Shown piece after piece: positions 47,444-55,195 of a DNA stretch of 64,000 bases; the stretch's first letter is position 1, and each line of letters begins with the position of its first letter. Origin of the DNA: Burkholderiales bacterium. Its GTDB lineage: Bacteria; Bacillota; Clostridia; Christensenellales; SZUA-584. The notes below the pieces were generated by a model. The model had not been told where the DNA came from. It made no database searches and was given only the letters and a program-made list of their open reading frames with translations. The stretch lies in assembly GCA_050260375.1 (NCBI GenBank), contig JBLNCA010000007.1:1597-65596 (forward strand). The letters are read 5' to 3'. The position numbers and the translations under genes were made by a program.

Positions 47444-49603
47444 TTAATAGAACGGCCACGACGGCAGCCAGCGTATAACGTTTGCGTAGCTGCGCGGTAT
47501 AACGACGCCGGTAGTTACCGGGTAAAACATCACGAACAGCAGCAAACAGACGCCCAAATATATGAATACCGCCCTCTTGCCGTATTTTGTGCGCTCTATA
47601 AGGTATTTTGCGAGCACTCCCATAAGCAGTATCAAAAACGCTATCGTCTCAAAATAGTGGTATATGAACGTCTCCCTCGATATCAGCATCCACGGCACAT
47701 ACTCCGACGCCGCGGCTATCGCTAAAAAGAACGTGCGCTTGCCGAACTTTCCCTTGCGCAGGCGTATTACGACGAGCGCTATTACGGCGCCCAGCGCCCC
47801 CCACCATACCGCCGGGTTGCCCATAGTGGACAGCGAAGACATGTATTCGTCGGGGTAGCCTTCGCCCTGGAAGAAGAACACGGGGCGTATATTGAGCGGC
47901 CATAAATACCACTGCGAGGAAAACGGATGCGGCCTGTCCGTCTTAAGGTCGGAGTGGTAATTGAACATATACTCCTGATTGCCGAGTATGGCTTTAAAGT
48001 CGTACGGCCTGTCGTCAGTATACAGCACGAACGACTCGTACCATATAAAAGCACACACGGCGGCTATCACGAGCACGCACGCGACCGCTGTCATCAGCAC
48101 TTTTTTGCTGCTCGCGGGCTTCGCGGCAGGCTCGTTGGGCTGCGCGGGAGCAGCGCCCTTCGCTGCGCGCATGTCTTTTATTTTCAGCGCGAACAGCACG
48201 GCTATCAGCGCCGCGGCAAACACGAAGAAGAATGCGCGCACGGCGTACCCCATAGTGTCAGCCGCTTTAGCCATATAAGGCGCGTACGCCATCAGGTATA
48301 TTACCGCCGGCACTATTATGAAAAACACGACGCACCATAAAAGGGTCAAGAGCGTGCGCTTCCTGAACTTTTCGCTTATGTCCTCAAAATACGCGCGCTT
48401 AGCCGGCTCCATCGTTTCGGCCTGTTCCGCATCGGAAAGCGCCAGATTAACGTACGAATACTCGCGTCCGCGCTTTGCCAGCTGTATGAAGAACAATATA
48501 GCCAGCCCGAGGCCTGCGTATATGCACAGCCATTTAGTGGCCGCGCCGAGTCCGAACGAAATACCGCACAGCGCCAGCGGCAGCAGCGTACGGTAAAGCG
48601 GCTCGCGGTTGTAATTGGTTTCGGTGTAGCGGTACATGAAGTAGTACATAAGCATGACGAACAGCAGACTGTAACTGTCTATAGTCGCTATCCTCGTCTG
48701 CGAGAAATGCATGAAATCGACGGCGAGCAGGAACGTCGGTATAAACGCAAAAAGCGGGCGCCTAAACAGCCGCTTTGCGAATATGTACATAAGCGGCAGC
48801 ATCAGTACTCCGACGAGCGTGCCCATAAATCTCCACCCGAACGGGTTCATGCCGAATATCTGTATGCCAATGCTGAGTATCGTCTTGCCGAGCGGAGGAT
48901 GCGTTATCTCGTACGGCGGAACGTGGTTAATATACTCAAACGCAGTCCTCGCGTGATATACCTCGTCAAAGTACATCTCGGTCATGTAATACGTCTGCTG
49001 CGTCACGTGGTTTTGCTCGTCGAACATATGCTGCGCGGGGTGGTTGCCGCCCGGGTGTGTACTGGATACCGAGGCTATCGCCACCGGAAGGCCGTCCTCT
49101 CCGCAGAAGCCCATCTCGAGCATTCTAAGCCCTGTACTCTCAACTTTAATCTTAACGTATTTGGCGGTAAACGGCTCAGGCTTTTTGAACTGCCACTCGT
49201 ACATGTTTATCGCGTCGTGGTCTACCGACATAGGGGCTATCGTCTTTATCGCGTTGCCGTTTTCGTCTTTTTCATCGGTGTCCTGCTCAATCAGCACGGG
49301 AGCGTACGCTTCGCCGTCTTCCGAACAGGAGAACGAAAACTTGCTTTCCCCAAGCGACGCGAAATACTTTATATATCTTATTTCTTCTGGCTTTTCAAAC
49401 TCGACAGTAACCTCTTCGCCCTTATTTTCCATAGCGAAGTACGTTTCGGGTATGTCAAGCGAACCAAGGTTGGTAAATGCGACGGCAGCGTATACAAGCG
49501 TTAACGCGAGCATAACGAGCCAGTCGCGCAATGTCATCTTCGCGCGCTCTTCCTTAAAAAACAGCCGCCTTTTTGCGTTCTTCTGCCAATTCTTCTCTTG
49601 CAT
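47444..49603 (-). CDS. GT39/PMT-family phospholipid-carrier-dependent glycosyltransferase with extra extracytoplasmic domain
   Basis: 719 aa polytopic protein. DEVYHARTAFEYINHVPPYEITHPPLGK first-loop motif typical of the PMT/GT39 family. A ~150-aa beta-rich insert follows TM1. Confidence 0.8.
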   Translation of the reverse strand: MQEKNWQKNAKRRLFFKEERAKMTLRDWLVMLALTLVYAAVAFTNLGSLDIPETYFAMENKGEEVTVEFEKPEEIRYIKYFASLGESKFSFSCSEDGEAYAPVLIEQDTDEKDENGNAIKTIAPMSVDHDAINMYEWQFKKPEPFTAKYVKIKVESTGLRMLEMGFCGEDGLPVAIASVSSTHPGGNHPAQHMFDEQNHVTQQTYYMTEMYFDEVYHARTAFEYINHVPPYEITHPPLGKTILSIGIQIFGMNPFGWRFMGTLVGVLMLPLMYIFAKRLFRRPLFAFIPTFLLAVDFMHFSQTRIATIDSYSLLFVMLMYYFMYRYTETNYNREPLYRTLLPLALCGISFGLGAATKWLCIYAGLGLAILFFIQLAKRGREYSYVNLALSDAEQAETMEPAKRAYFEDISEKFRKRTLLTLLWCVVFFIIVPAVIYLMAYAPYMAKAADTMGYAVRAFFFVFAAALIAVLFALKIKDMRAAKGAAPAQPNEPAAKPASSKKVLMTAVACVLVIAAVCAFIWYESFVLYTDDRPYDFKAILGNQEYMFNYHSDLKTDRPHPFSSQWYLWPLNIRPVFFFQGEGYPDEYMSSLSTMGNPAVWWGALGAVIALVVIRLRKGKFGKRTFFLAIAAASEYVPWMLISRETFIYHYFETIAFLILLMGVLAKYLIERTKYGKRAVFIYLGVCLLLFVMFYPVTTGVVIPRSYANVIRWLPSWPFY

Positions 49604-49621
49604 ATTTCACTGTCAACTTTC

Positions 49622-49664
49622 TTTACGCCCCGAAAAACCGTCGAGCTTTTTGGGGGTATCGTTA
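49622..49664 (+). repeat. Family-1 unit (variant) between the GT-C and GT39 genes
   Basis: TTTACGCCCCGAAAAACCGTCGAGCTTTTTGGGGGTATCGTTA. The GT-C gene stop (49662-49664) lies in its tail. Confidence 0.7.
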
Positions 49665-51095
49665 TCCGAGCAGCGCGGGGCTTTTAATAAGCACCTTGCC
49701 GCTCGAGAGCTTTCTTATCGTTATAACCGCGTACACGAGGTAAAGCGCCAGATTAACCGCCGAGAAAATGAGCAGCGGCGTTTCGGGCGCGGCGGTAGTA
49801 TCGGCGTACAGCGTAACAAGCTGGTTTATCAGCGCCGACACCGAGTACGCGCCGGCGAATACAAGCGTAGTAGTGTCGCGGGAATACACGTACGCAAACA
49901 CGAGCAGCACGCACGCGGGTGCTATATAGCGCTCGTGCACCATATGCATCAGCATGAAAACCGATATTACAAGGAACGCGGCAAGGTCAAAGTACGGCCT
50001 TGAGTCTCTCGTCCTCCATTGCAGGAACACAATGGCCGCGCATATAGCGACGAGGAATATCATGCCCCACGTCTTGTAGTCAAACACCAGAAACGTTTCG
50101 GTTACCTCAACCCAGTTGCCGCCCGAGAGCGCGAACAGATTGAAAGCGTTCAGCGTCGCGTACGGATACGAGCCGACGGTGCTTGCGTACCTGTTTATTA
50201 TCCAGAACGTCGGCTGGTTTCCCTGAAAAGGCAGCGAGCCCAAGAATATGACGCTGGCGATTATTGCAAGGCCTCCGACTATGCCCGCGACGGCTTTGCC
50301 AAACCCGCCCTTTTTAAAAAGCGCGTAGAAATAGGCAAGCCCCACGACGGGCAAAAACATCAGAGCCTGCGGCTTTATAAGCAGCGATACCGCAAAGAAA
50401 AACGCGCCCGCTAAATACCGTTCCTTTTTTAGATGATACAGCGTCAAAACGACAAACAGCGTGAAAAAAGCGTCCATCTGCCCCCACACGGAGCTGTTGA
50501 AGAACATGGCGGGGTTAAACAGCAGCAGCATCGAGCAAAGCAGCGCGAACTTCTTCCCCGCTTCGTGGGAGGCTATTCTGTACACGAACGCCGCAAGTAT
50601 TACTTCCGATATTATCGCGGGCAGCTTGAGCAGTACGGCAAACGCGGCGGAAGAATCGCTTATGCCGAATATGCTGCGAATGAATCCCACCACCCAGAGC
50701 ACGTACATATACCCCGGCGGATAATCTGCGAATTCAAGAGACGAATAAAACCCTGAGGGTCCGTACTCGTATACCGCGAGCGACCACGCCCGAAAGCATC
50801 CCATATCAATAGCGTAACCGGGATATACCGCGGCTATGAACACGCGCAGCGCGACGGCTGCCGCCGCGGCTATCAGAAACAGCGGCCAGAAGTTCTCGCC
50901 GGTCTCCTTCTTGCGCACGGCGAGCAGTACGCACACTGCTATGAACAGCGCCGTGACTATTACCGTGAGCACCGTGGCTGCGGATGTCTGGTCAGGGGTC
51001 GCCAACGAAGGCCTGTTGTCGGCCAAGGCGGTACCGCCGAAAGTCAATATGATCAACGCTGCTGCCAGCAGACATGCAAACCTGCGTACCATCAA
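49662..51095 (-). CDS. Polytopic membrane protein, GT-C-type glycosyltransferase-like
   Basis: 477 aa, more than 10 TM. Loop motif FADYPPGYMYVLW after early TMs resembles GT-C/DUF2029-type enzymes. The family assignment is tentative. Confidence 0.6.
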   Translation of the reverse strand: MMVRRFACLLAAALIILTFGGTALADNRPSLATPDQTSAATVLTVIVTALFIAVCVLLAVRKKETGENFWPLFLIAAAAAVALRVFIAAVYPGYAIDMGCFRAWSLAVYEYGPSGFYSSLEFADYPPGYMYVLWVVGFIRSIFGISDSSAAFAVLLKLPAIISEVILAAFVYRIASHEAGKKFALLCSMLLLFNPAMFFNSSVWGQMDAFFTLFVVLTLYHLKKERYLAGAFFFAVSLLIKPQALMFLPVVGLAYFYALFKKGGFGKAVAGIVGGLAIIASVIFLGSLPFQGNQPTFWIINRYASTVGSYPYATLNAFNLFALSGGNWVEVTETFLVFDYKTWGMIFLVAICAAIVFLQWRTRDSRPYFDLAAFLVISVFMLMHMVHERYIAPACVLLVFAYVYSRDTTTLVFAGAYSVSALINQLVTLYADTTAAPETPLLIFSAVNLALYLVYAVITIRKLSSGKVLIKSPALLG

Positions 51096-51106
51096 AAACA
51101 GCTCCG

Positions 51107-51466
51107 CTAAATCCAGGGCTCAATAAACTCAAATGCATTCTTAATATGGTTTATTCTGCCGTTATTAACCTCTATTATATCAAATCTGTATTTTTCATCA
51201 ACGTTTTTATTGGCTGACGCGTAGTCGAGCGCCGCTTTGCATATGCGCGCTATCTTGCGCCCGCCCACAGCCTCGGCGGGCGTGCCGTAACGGCTCTGGC
51301 TCCGCGTCTTGACCTCGCAGAACACGGTGCTGCCGTTATCGTCGAATATTATGTCGACCTCTCCGCCGCGCACGTAGTAGTTTCGCGCGAGTATCGTATG
51401 GCCGCGCCGCTTAAGATACTCGGCGGCCTGCGCCTCCCCGGCGCTACCTTTAGCCCTGTTGTTCAT
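51107..51466 (-). CDS. yraN: YraN family (UPF0102) endonuclease-like protein
   Basis: 119 aa. GEVDIIFDDNGSTVFCEVKTR motif. Conserved position after rnhB. Confidence 0.8.
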   Translation of the reverse strand: MNNRAKGSAGEAQAAEYLKRRGHTILARNYYVRGGEVDIIFDDNGSTVFCEVKTRSQSRYGTPAEAVGGRKIARICKAALDYASANKNVDEKYRFDIIEVNNGRINHIKNAFEFIEPWI

Positions 51467-52088
51467 ACAGCTTCCGCAGGAACGACACCCTGTGTATCTC
51501 GCACGCGCCGTATTTTACGATGCATTCAAAGTGCTCCTTCGTCGCGTACCCCTTGTGCCTGTCAAACCCGTACTGCGGGTAAAGCACGGCATAATCGCGC
51601 ATTATTGCGTCCCTTGTTTCCTTCGCTATTATCGAAGCCGCGGCTATGCTGTAGCACAGCCGGTCTCCGCCCGTTATCTCCTCGTACGGCAGGCTTACGT
51701 CTATGCCGCCTATCCTGTCGCAGAACACGTAATCCGGCTTTACGCGCAGCGAATTTATTGCCTCGGCAAACGCCTTTTTAGCCGCGTTCAGTATGTTTAT
51801 ACTGTCTATCGTGCCGCTGTCGCAAACGCCCACCGCGAAGCAGACTGCCTGCGCGGTGATGAGCGCATAAAGCTCTCCCCGCTTCTTTTCGGAGAGCTTC
51901 TTTGAATCGTTTACTCCGGGTATGAGCAGACCCGGCGGCATTATTACCGCCGCGGCAACGCACGGCCCCGCGAGCGGACCGCGCCCGGCTTCGTCCACGC
52001 CCGCGACGAGCAGCCCTTTATCCCAGTAAGGCCTTTCATACCGGCTTAATTCTTCGAGCCTTTGCGCTTCTTTTGCTTCGTCAATCAT
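51450..52088 (-). CDS. rnhB: Ribonuclease HII
   Basis: 212 aa. VAGVDEAGRGPLAGPV and DSKKLS motifs. Confidence 0.9.
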   Translation of the reverse strand: MIDEAKEAQRLEELSRYERPYWDKGLLVAGVDEAGRGPLAGPCVAAAVIMPPGLLIPGVNDSKKLSEKKRGELYALITAQAVCFAVGVCDSGTIDSINILNAAKKAFAEAINSLRVKPDYVFCDRIGGIDVSLPYEEITGGDRLCYSIAAASIIAKETRDAIMRDYAVLYPQYGFDRHKGYATKEHFECIVKYGACEIHRVSFLRKLYEQQG

Positions 52089-52918
52089 AGCGGGGGGCTC
52101 TCGAGCGTTATTCTCCCGAGCTTTCCTCCTTTGAATTCGTCGAGCAGCGTTTTAGCGCCTCTCTCGATATCAATTTCGCCTTCCTTAAGCAAAAATCCTC
52201 TTTTTCTGCATATGCTTTCCAGCACCGCGCGGGATTCGCCCTCCTCAGCGCCGTATCTTGCGCTTATTGCACCCGGGGCGGCGGCTTTCAAAAGCTCAAT
52301 CAGTTTTAGCGCCAGCGCCGCCGTATCCGTTATCTCCTGCTTTAAGCAGCCCGTTACCGCTATATTGACGGCGCCCACTTCCGATTCTATCTTAGGCCAA
52401 AGCATGCCGGGAGAATCGAGCAGCTCTATACTGTCCGACAGCCTGAACCACTGAAGGCCTTTCGTAACGCCCGGCTTGTCGCCAGCCTTCGCGGAGCTGC
52501 GGCCAATGAGGCGGTTGATTACTGCGGATTTGCCCGAGTTGGGTATGCCGCACACCAGCACGCGCACCGTTTTGCGCATTCCCCTTTCGGCGTAGCGTTT
52601 GACAACGGGTTCGGCGGCTTTGTTTATCGCTTTGATAAGCACGTCCCTTTTAGAGCTTAACGCGCAGAAAGGCAGCGCAATATAGTCCTTTTCGTAATAC
52701 TTTACCCACTCAGAAGTCTTCCCTTCGTCCGCGAGGTCAGCCTTGTTGAGCAGCACTATGCGCCCCTTGCCCGCAAGCATGCTTAATAGGTCGGGGTTAA
52801 AAGTACTAAGCGGAGCGCGCGCGTCCAGTACTATCACCGCTACGTCAATCAGCTTTAGTTTTTCACCGAGCTGCCTTTTGGCCTTGGCCATATGCCCGGG
52901 GTACCACTGTATATCCAT
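52085..52918 (-). CDS. rbgA: Ribosome biogenesis GTPase A (YlqF/RbgA)
   Basis: 277 aa. IQWYPGHMAKA, circularly permuted GTPase motifs NKADL ... GIPNSGKSAVINRL. Confidence 0.9.
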   Translation of the reverse strand: MDIQWYPGHMAKAKRQLGEKLKLIDVAVIVLDARAPLSTFNPDLLSMLAGKGRIVLLNKADLADEGKTSEWVKYYEKDYIALPFCALSSKRDVLIKAINKAAEPVVKRYAERGMRKTVRVLVCGIPNSGKSAVINRLIGRSSAKAGDKPGVTKGLQWFRLSDSIELLDSPGMLWPKIESEVGAVNIAVTGCLKQEITDTAALALKLIELLKAAAPGAISARYGAEEGESRAVLESICRKRGFLLKEGEIDIERGAKTLLDEFKGGKLGRITLESPPL

Positions 52919-53215
52919 TCCACCTCGAATATATCTACGGGCGGGGATAACCCCTCCTCTGCTATTTGCCTATTATATCATACCGCCCCGAAAAGTCTCA
53001 CTACTTTTTAGTAGCACGATTGCCCCCATAATAAAACGGAAAGGAAGCCGGTTTTGTTCCCACGCGTATAACATTTTACTATCCCGCCGCGGCTTATCAG
53101 TTGGAAAACGGCCATTGGGTTATATTATTCTTCTAACTAGCCTTTGTTTATCGGCGATATGATTTGCTGTGGCGGGAAGCAGTCTTTTGATAAACCTTTG
53201 TTTGTCAGCGAAACT

Positions 53216-53240
53216 AAAAAAGAGCCTTTACGGCTCTTTT
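53216..53240 (-). terminator. Intrinsic terminator after rplS
   Basis: The minus RNA reads AAAAGAGCC-guaaa-GGCUCUUUU followed by UUAGUUU, 6 nt after the rplS stop. Confidence 0.75.
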
Positions 53241-53245
53241 CGTAA

Positions 53246-53590
53246 TTATCTCTTTTCTTTGAGCTTCGCGGCTTTGCCCGCGCGTTCGCGCAGGAAGTAA
53301 AGCTTTGAACGTCTCGTCTTGTTGCGTCTCACTATCTCTATGCCCGCTATCTTGGGCGAGTGTATAGGGAACGTGCGCTCTATGCCGACGCCGAACGAAA
53401 CGCGGCGTACGGTTATCATCTCGCGGATGCCGCCGTTTTTGATGGCGATAACGTATCCTTCGAACGTCTGAATCCTCTCCCTCGTGCCTTCAACGACTTT
53501 GACGAGCACTCTGACGGTGTCGCCCACGCTGACTTTGGGCAGATCGGTGCGCATATGTTCTTTTTCGATAGCCTTAATGACGTTATCCAT
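53246..53590 (-). CDS. rplS: 50S ribosomal protein L19
   Basis: The ATG at 53590 preceded by AAGGAGG gives [28 protein letters not shown]. The upstream extension in the track has no SD. Confidence 0.95.
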   Translation of the reverse strand: MDNVIKAIEKEHMRTDLPKVSVGDTVRVLVKVVEGTRERIQTFEGYVIAIKNGGIREMITVRRVSFGVGIERTFPIHSPKIAGIEIVRRNKTRRSKLYFLRERAGKAAKLKEKR

Positions 53591-53712
53591 TTTGCTGATT
53601 CCTCCTTGTCTGCTGAATACCCGAAAAATCATTTCGGGCGGACTCCAGGCGTTCATAATCGATATATCATCCGAAAAATAAGGATGCGAAAAGCGGACCG
53701 CCCTAAATCAAC
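53591..53712 (-). promoter_or_regulatory. Structured rplS 5' leader (candidate L19 autoregulatory element)
   Basis: GGGCGGUCC (53703-53695) pairs with GGA-gu-CCGCCC (53646-53636) and encloses CAUCC-loop-GGAUG. The 3' arm overlaps an alternative hairpin, CCCGAAA-loop-UUUCGGG. Confidence 0.45.
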
Positions 53713-53718
53713 TCTGGA

Positions 53719-53747
53719 ATTATAACACAACGCCAATAACAAGGCAA
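53719..53747 (-). promoter_or_regulatory. Sigma-A type promoter for rplS
   Basis: The minus strand reads TTGCCT (53747-53742), 17 nt, then TGT-TATAAT (53724-53719). The 14-nt core TGTGTTATAATTCC is the same as at rpsB. Confidence 0.6.
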
Positions 53748-53892
53748 GTGTTGATTTTACCGTTTTCTCTGCGGGAAGACATTAATATATTTTGCTAAGT
53801 TGACATTATTTTATGTTTATTGTAATTGGTATTATATAGTGAGCAATTATATTTGCAATACTTTTAGCGCCTATAAATTTTTCATTTTTTCC

Positions 53893-53922
53893 TTGACTTG
53901 CGCCATACAGGATGCATATAAT
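53893..53922 (+). promoter_or_regulatory. Sigma-A type promoter for the aromatic operon leader
   Basis: TTGACT (53893-53898), 18-nt spacer, TATAAT (53917-53922). Divergent from the rplS promoter. Confidence 0.6.
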
Positions 53923-53948
53923 ATTATAAATATATTTGGAGAGGCAAT

Positions 53949-54050
53949 ATGACGGGCATATCTGCAAACAAAAACTTTATGTTTACCGGCCGGAGCTATT
54001 ATGGCTTCGGATATTTTGCGTACGGTAAATATAAATGTTTGCGGATATGA
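53949..54050 (+). CDS. Candidate Phe/Tyr-rich leader peptide of the aromatic amino acid operon
   Basis: Below the track's size cutoff. SD GGAGAGG (53938-53944); ATG...TGA encodes MTGISANKNFMFTGRSYYGFGYFAYGKYKCLRI (4 Phe and 5 Tyr in 33 residues). It lies between a consensus-like promoter and an intrinsic terminator. Confidence 0.45.
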   Translation: MTGISANKNFMFTGRSYYGFGYFAYGKYKCLRI

Positions 54051-54083
54051 GTTGCTGATACTATAGGTAAATACTTGAAACTT

Positions 54084-54116
54084 AAGGGAGCTCATAACCG
54101 GCTCCCTTTTAATTTT
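54084..54116 (+). terminator. Intrinsic terminator (attenuator) between the leader ORF and aroF
   Basis: AAGGGAGC (54084-54091), 9-nt loop, GCTCCCTT (54101-54108), then TTAATTTT. It lies 34 nt after the leader stop and 60 nt before the aroF ATG. Confidence 0.65.
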
Positions 54117-54120
54117 GATA

Positions 54121-54163
54121 ACGGGGCCCCCGGCAAGCCGCGAGGCTTGATGGGGTGCATAAA
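54121..54163 (-). repeat. Family-1 unit, inverted copy, in the aroF leader
   Basis: The plus strand reads ACGGGGCCCCCGGCAAGCCGCGAGGCTTGATGGGGTGCATAAA, the reverse complement of the family consensus. Its end abuts the aroF SD (AAAGGAGG). Confidence 0.8.
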
Positions 54164-54175
54164 AGGAGGCAATAA

Positions 54176-55192
54176 ATGGTAATTGTACTTAAGCCGGAGG
54201 CGGACCAGGGCAAGGTAAAAGAACTAGTCGATATGCTGGAAAGAGAATACAATCTTGAAGTACAGCGCATGGATGGTGTAAACTATTCCATATTGGGACT
54301 TATTGGCGACACATCATCACTCGAGATCGACCCTATCGAAGAGCAGGACGTAGTAAGAAAGGTGCTGCGCGTGCAGGAGCCTTACAAGAAGGTGAACCGC
54401 GCGTTCCACCCTGAAAACACCGTCGTTACAGGCGAAGGTTTTGAGATTGGAGGCGACAGGCTTGCGCTCATCGCGGGGCCGTGCGCCGTAGAAAGCGAAG
54501 AGCAGATAGTTTCCATAGCGAAAAAAGTAAAGAAGGCGGGCGCCAACATGCTGCGCGGAGGCGCTTTCAAGCCGCGCACAAGCCCGTACAGGTTCCAGGG
54601 CCTCGGGCGGGAGGGTCTCGACTTCCTCGTAACGGCAAAAAAGGAAACGGGACTGCCGATAGTCAGCGAGATAACGAGCGTGGACCTTATAGACGTTTTC
54701 GTGGATAAGGTGGACCTGATACAGGTGGGCGCGCGCAACATGCAGAACTTCGCGCTGCTGCAGGAACTCGGCAAATGCCGCAAGCCCGTGATGCTCAAGC
54801 GCGGCATGTCGGCGACGATTGAGGAATGGCTCATGTCGTCCGAATACCTGCTCTCGGGGGGGAACAACAACGTAGTGCTATGCGAACGCGGCATAAGGAC
54901 CTTCGAGACTTTCACGCGCAACACTCTCGATATAAGCGCCGTGCCGGTGGTAAAGAAATTAAGCCATCTGCCGGTAATAGTCGACCCGAGCCACGCGGCA
55001 GGCCTGTGGTGGGCGGTAGAGCCGCTGTCAACGGCGGCGGTATGCGCGGGCGCGGACGGGCTTATAATAGAGGTTCACGATCAGCCGGGCGAGGCGCTGT
55101 CCGACGGACAGCAGTCGCTTTTGCCCGATAATTTCTCCAAAGCCGTTAAAAAGATAAGAGCGGCGGCGGAGCTTATGGGAAAGGCCATCTGA
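54176..55192 (+). CDS. aroF: 3-deoxy-7-phosphoheptulonate synthase, type I-beta with N-terminal ferredoxin-like regulatory domain
   Basis: 338 aa. N-terminus MVIVLKPEADQGKVKELVDML... resembles the Thermotoga-type regulatory domain. Catalytic barrel LIAGPCAVESEEQ...KRG...DPSHA. SD AAAGGAGG. Confidence 0.9.
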   Translation: MVIVLKPEADQGKVKELVDMLEREYNLEVQRMDGVNYSILGLIGDTSSLEIDPIEEQDVVRKVLRVQEPYKKVNRAFHPENTVVTGEGFEIGGDRLALIAGPCAVESEEQIVSIAKKVKKAGANMLRGGAFKPRTSPYRFQGLGREGLDFLVTAKKETGLPIVSEITSVDLIDVFVDKVDLIQVGARNMQNFALLQELGKCRKPVMLKRGMSATIEEWLMSSEYLLSGGNNNVVLCERGIRTFETFTRNTLDISAVPVVKKLSHLPVIVDPSHAAGLWWAVEPLSTAAVCAGADGLIIEVHDQPGEALSDGQQSLLPDNFSKAVKKIRAAAELMGKAI

Positions 55193-55195
55193 TAT

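Noticed and set aside
53871-54095. A 74-aa minus-strand ORF in the rplS-aroF intergenic region.
   Set aside because: It is antisense to the promoter, leader ORF and attenuator. It has no SD and no recognisable protein features, and is AT-rich. The plus-strand regulatory reading explains the sequence better.
53923-54175. T-box or other riboswitch upstream of the aromatic operon.
   Set aside because: I looked for the conserved T-box motif (AGGGTGGNACCGCG-like) and a specifier-loop arrangement and found none. The leader (about 250 nt) is largely occupied by the small ORF, the terminator and a family-1 repeat. Without a covariance search, a riboswitch cannot be formally excluded.
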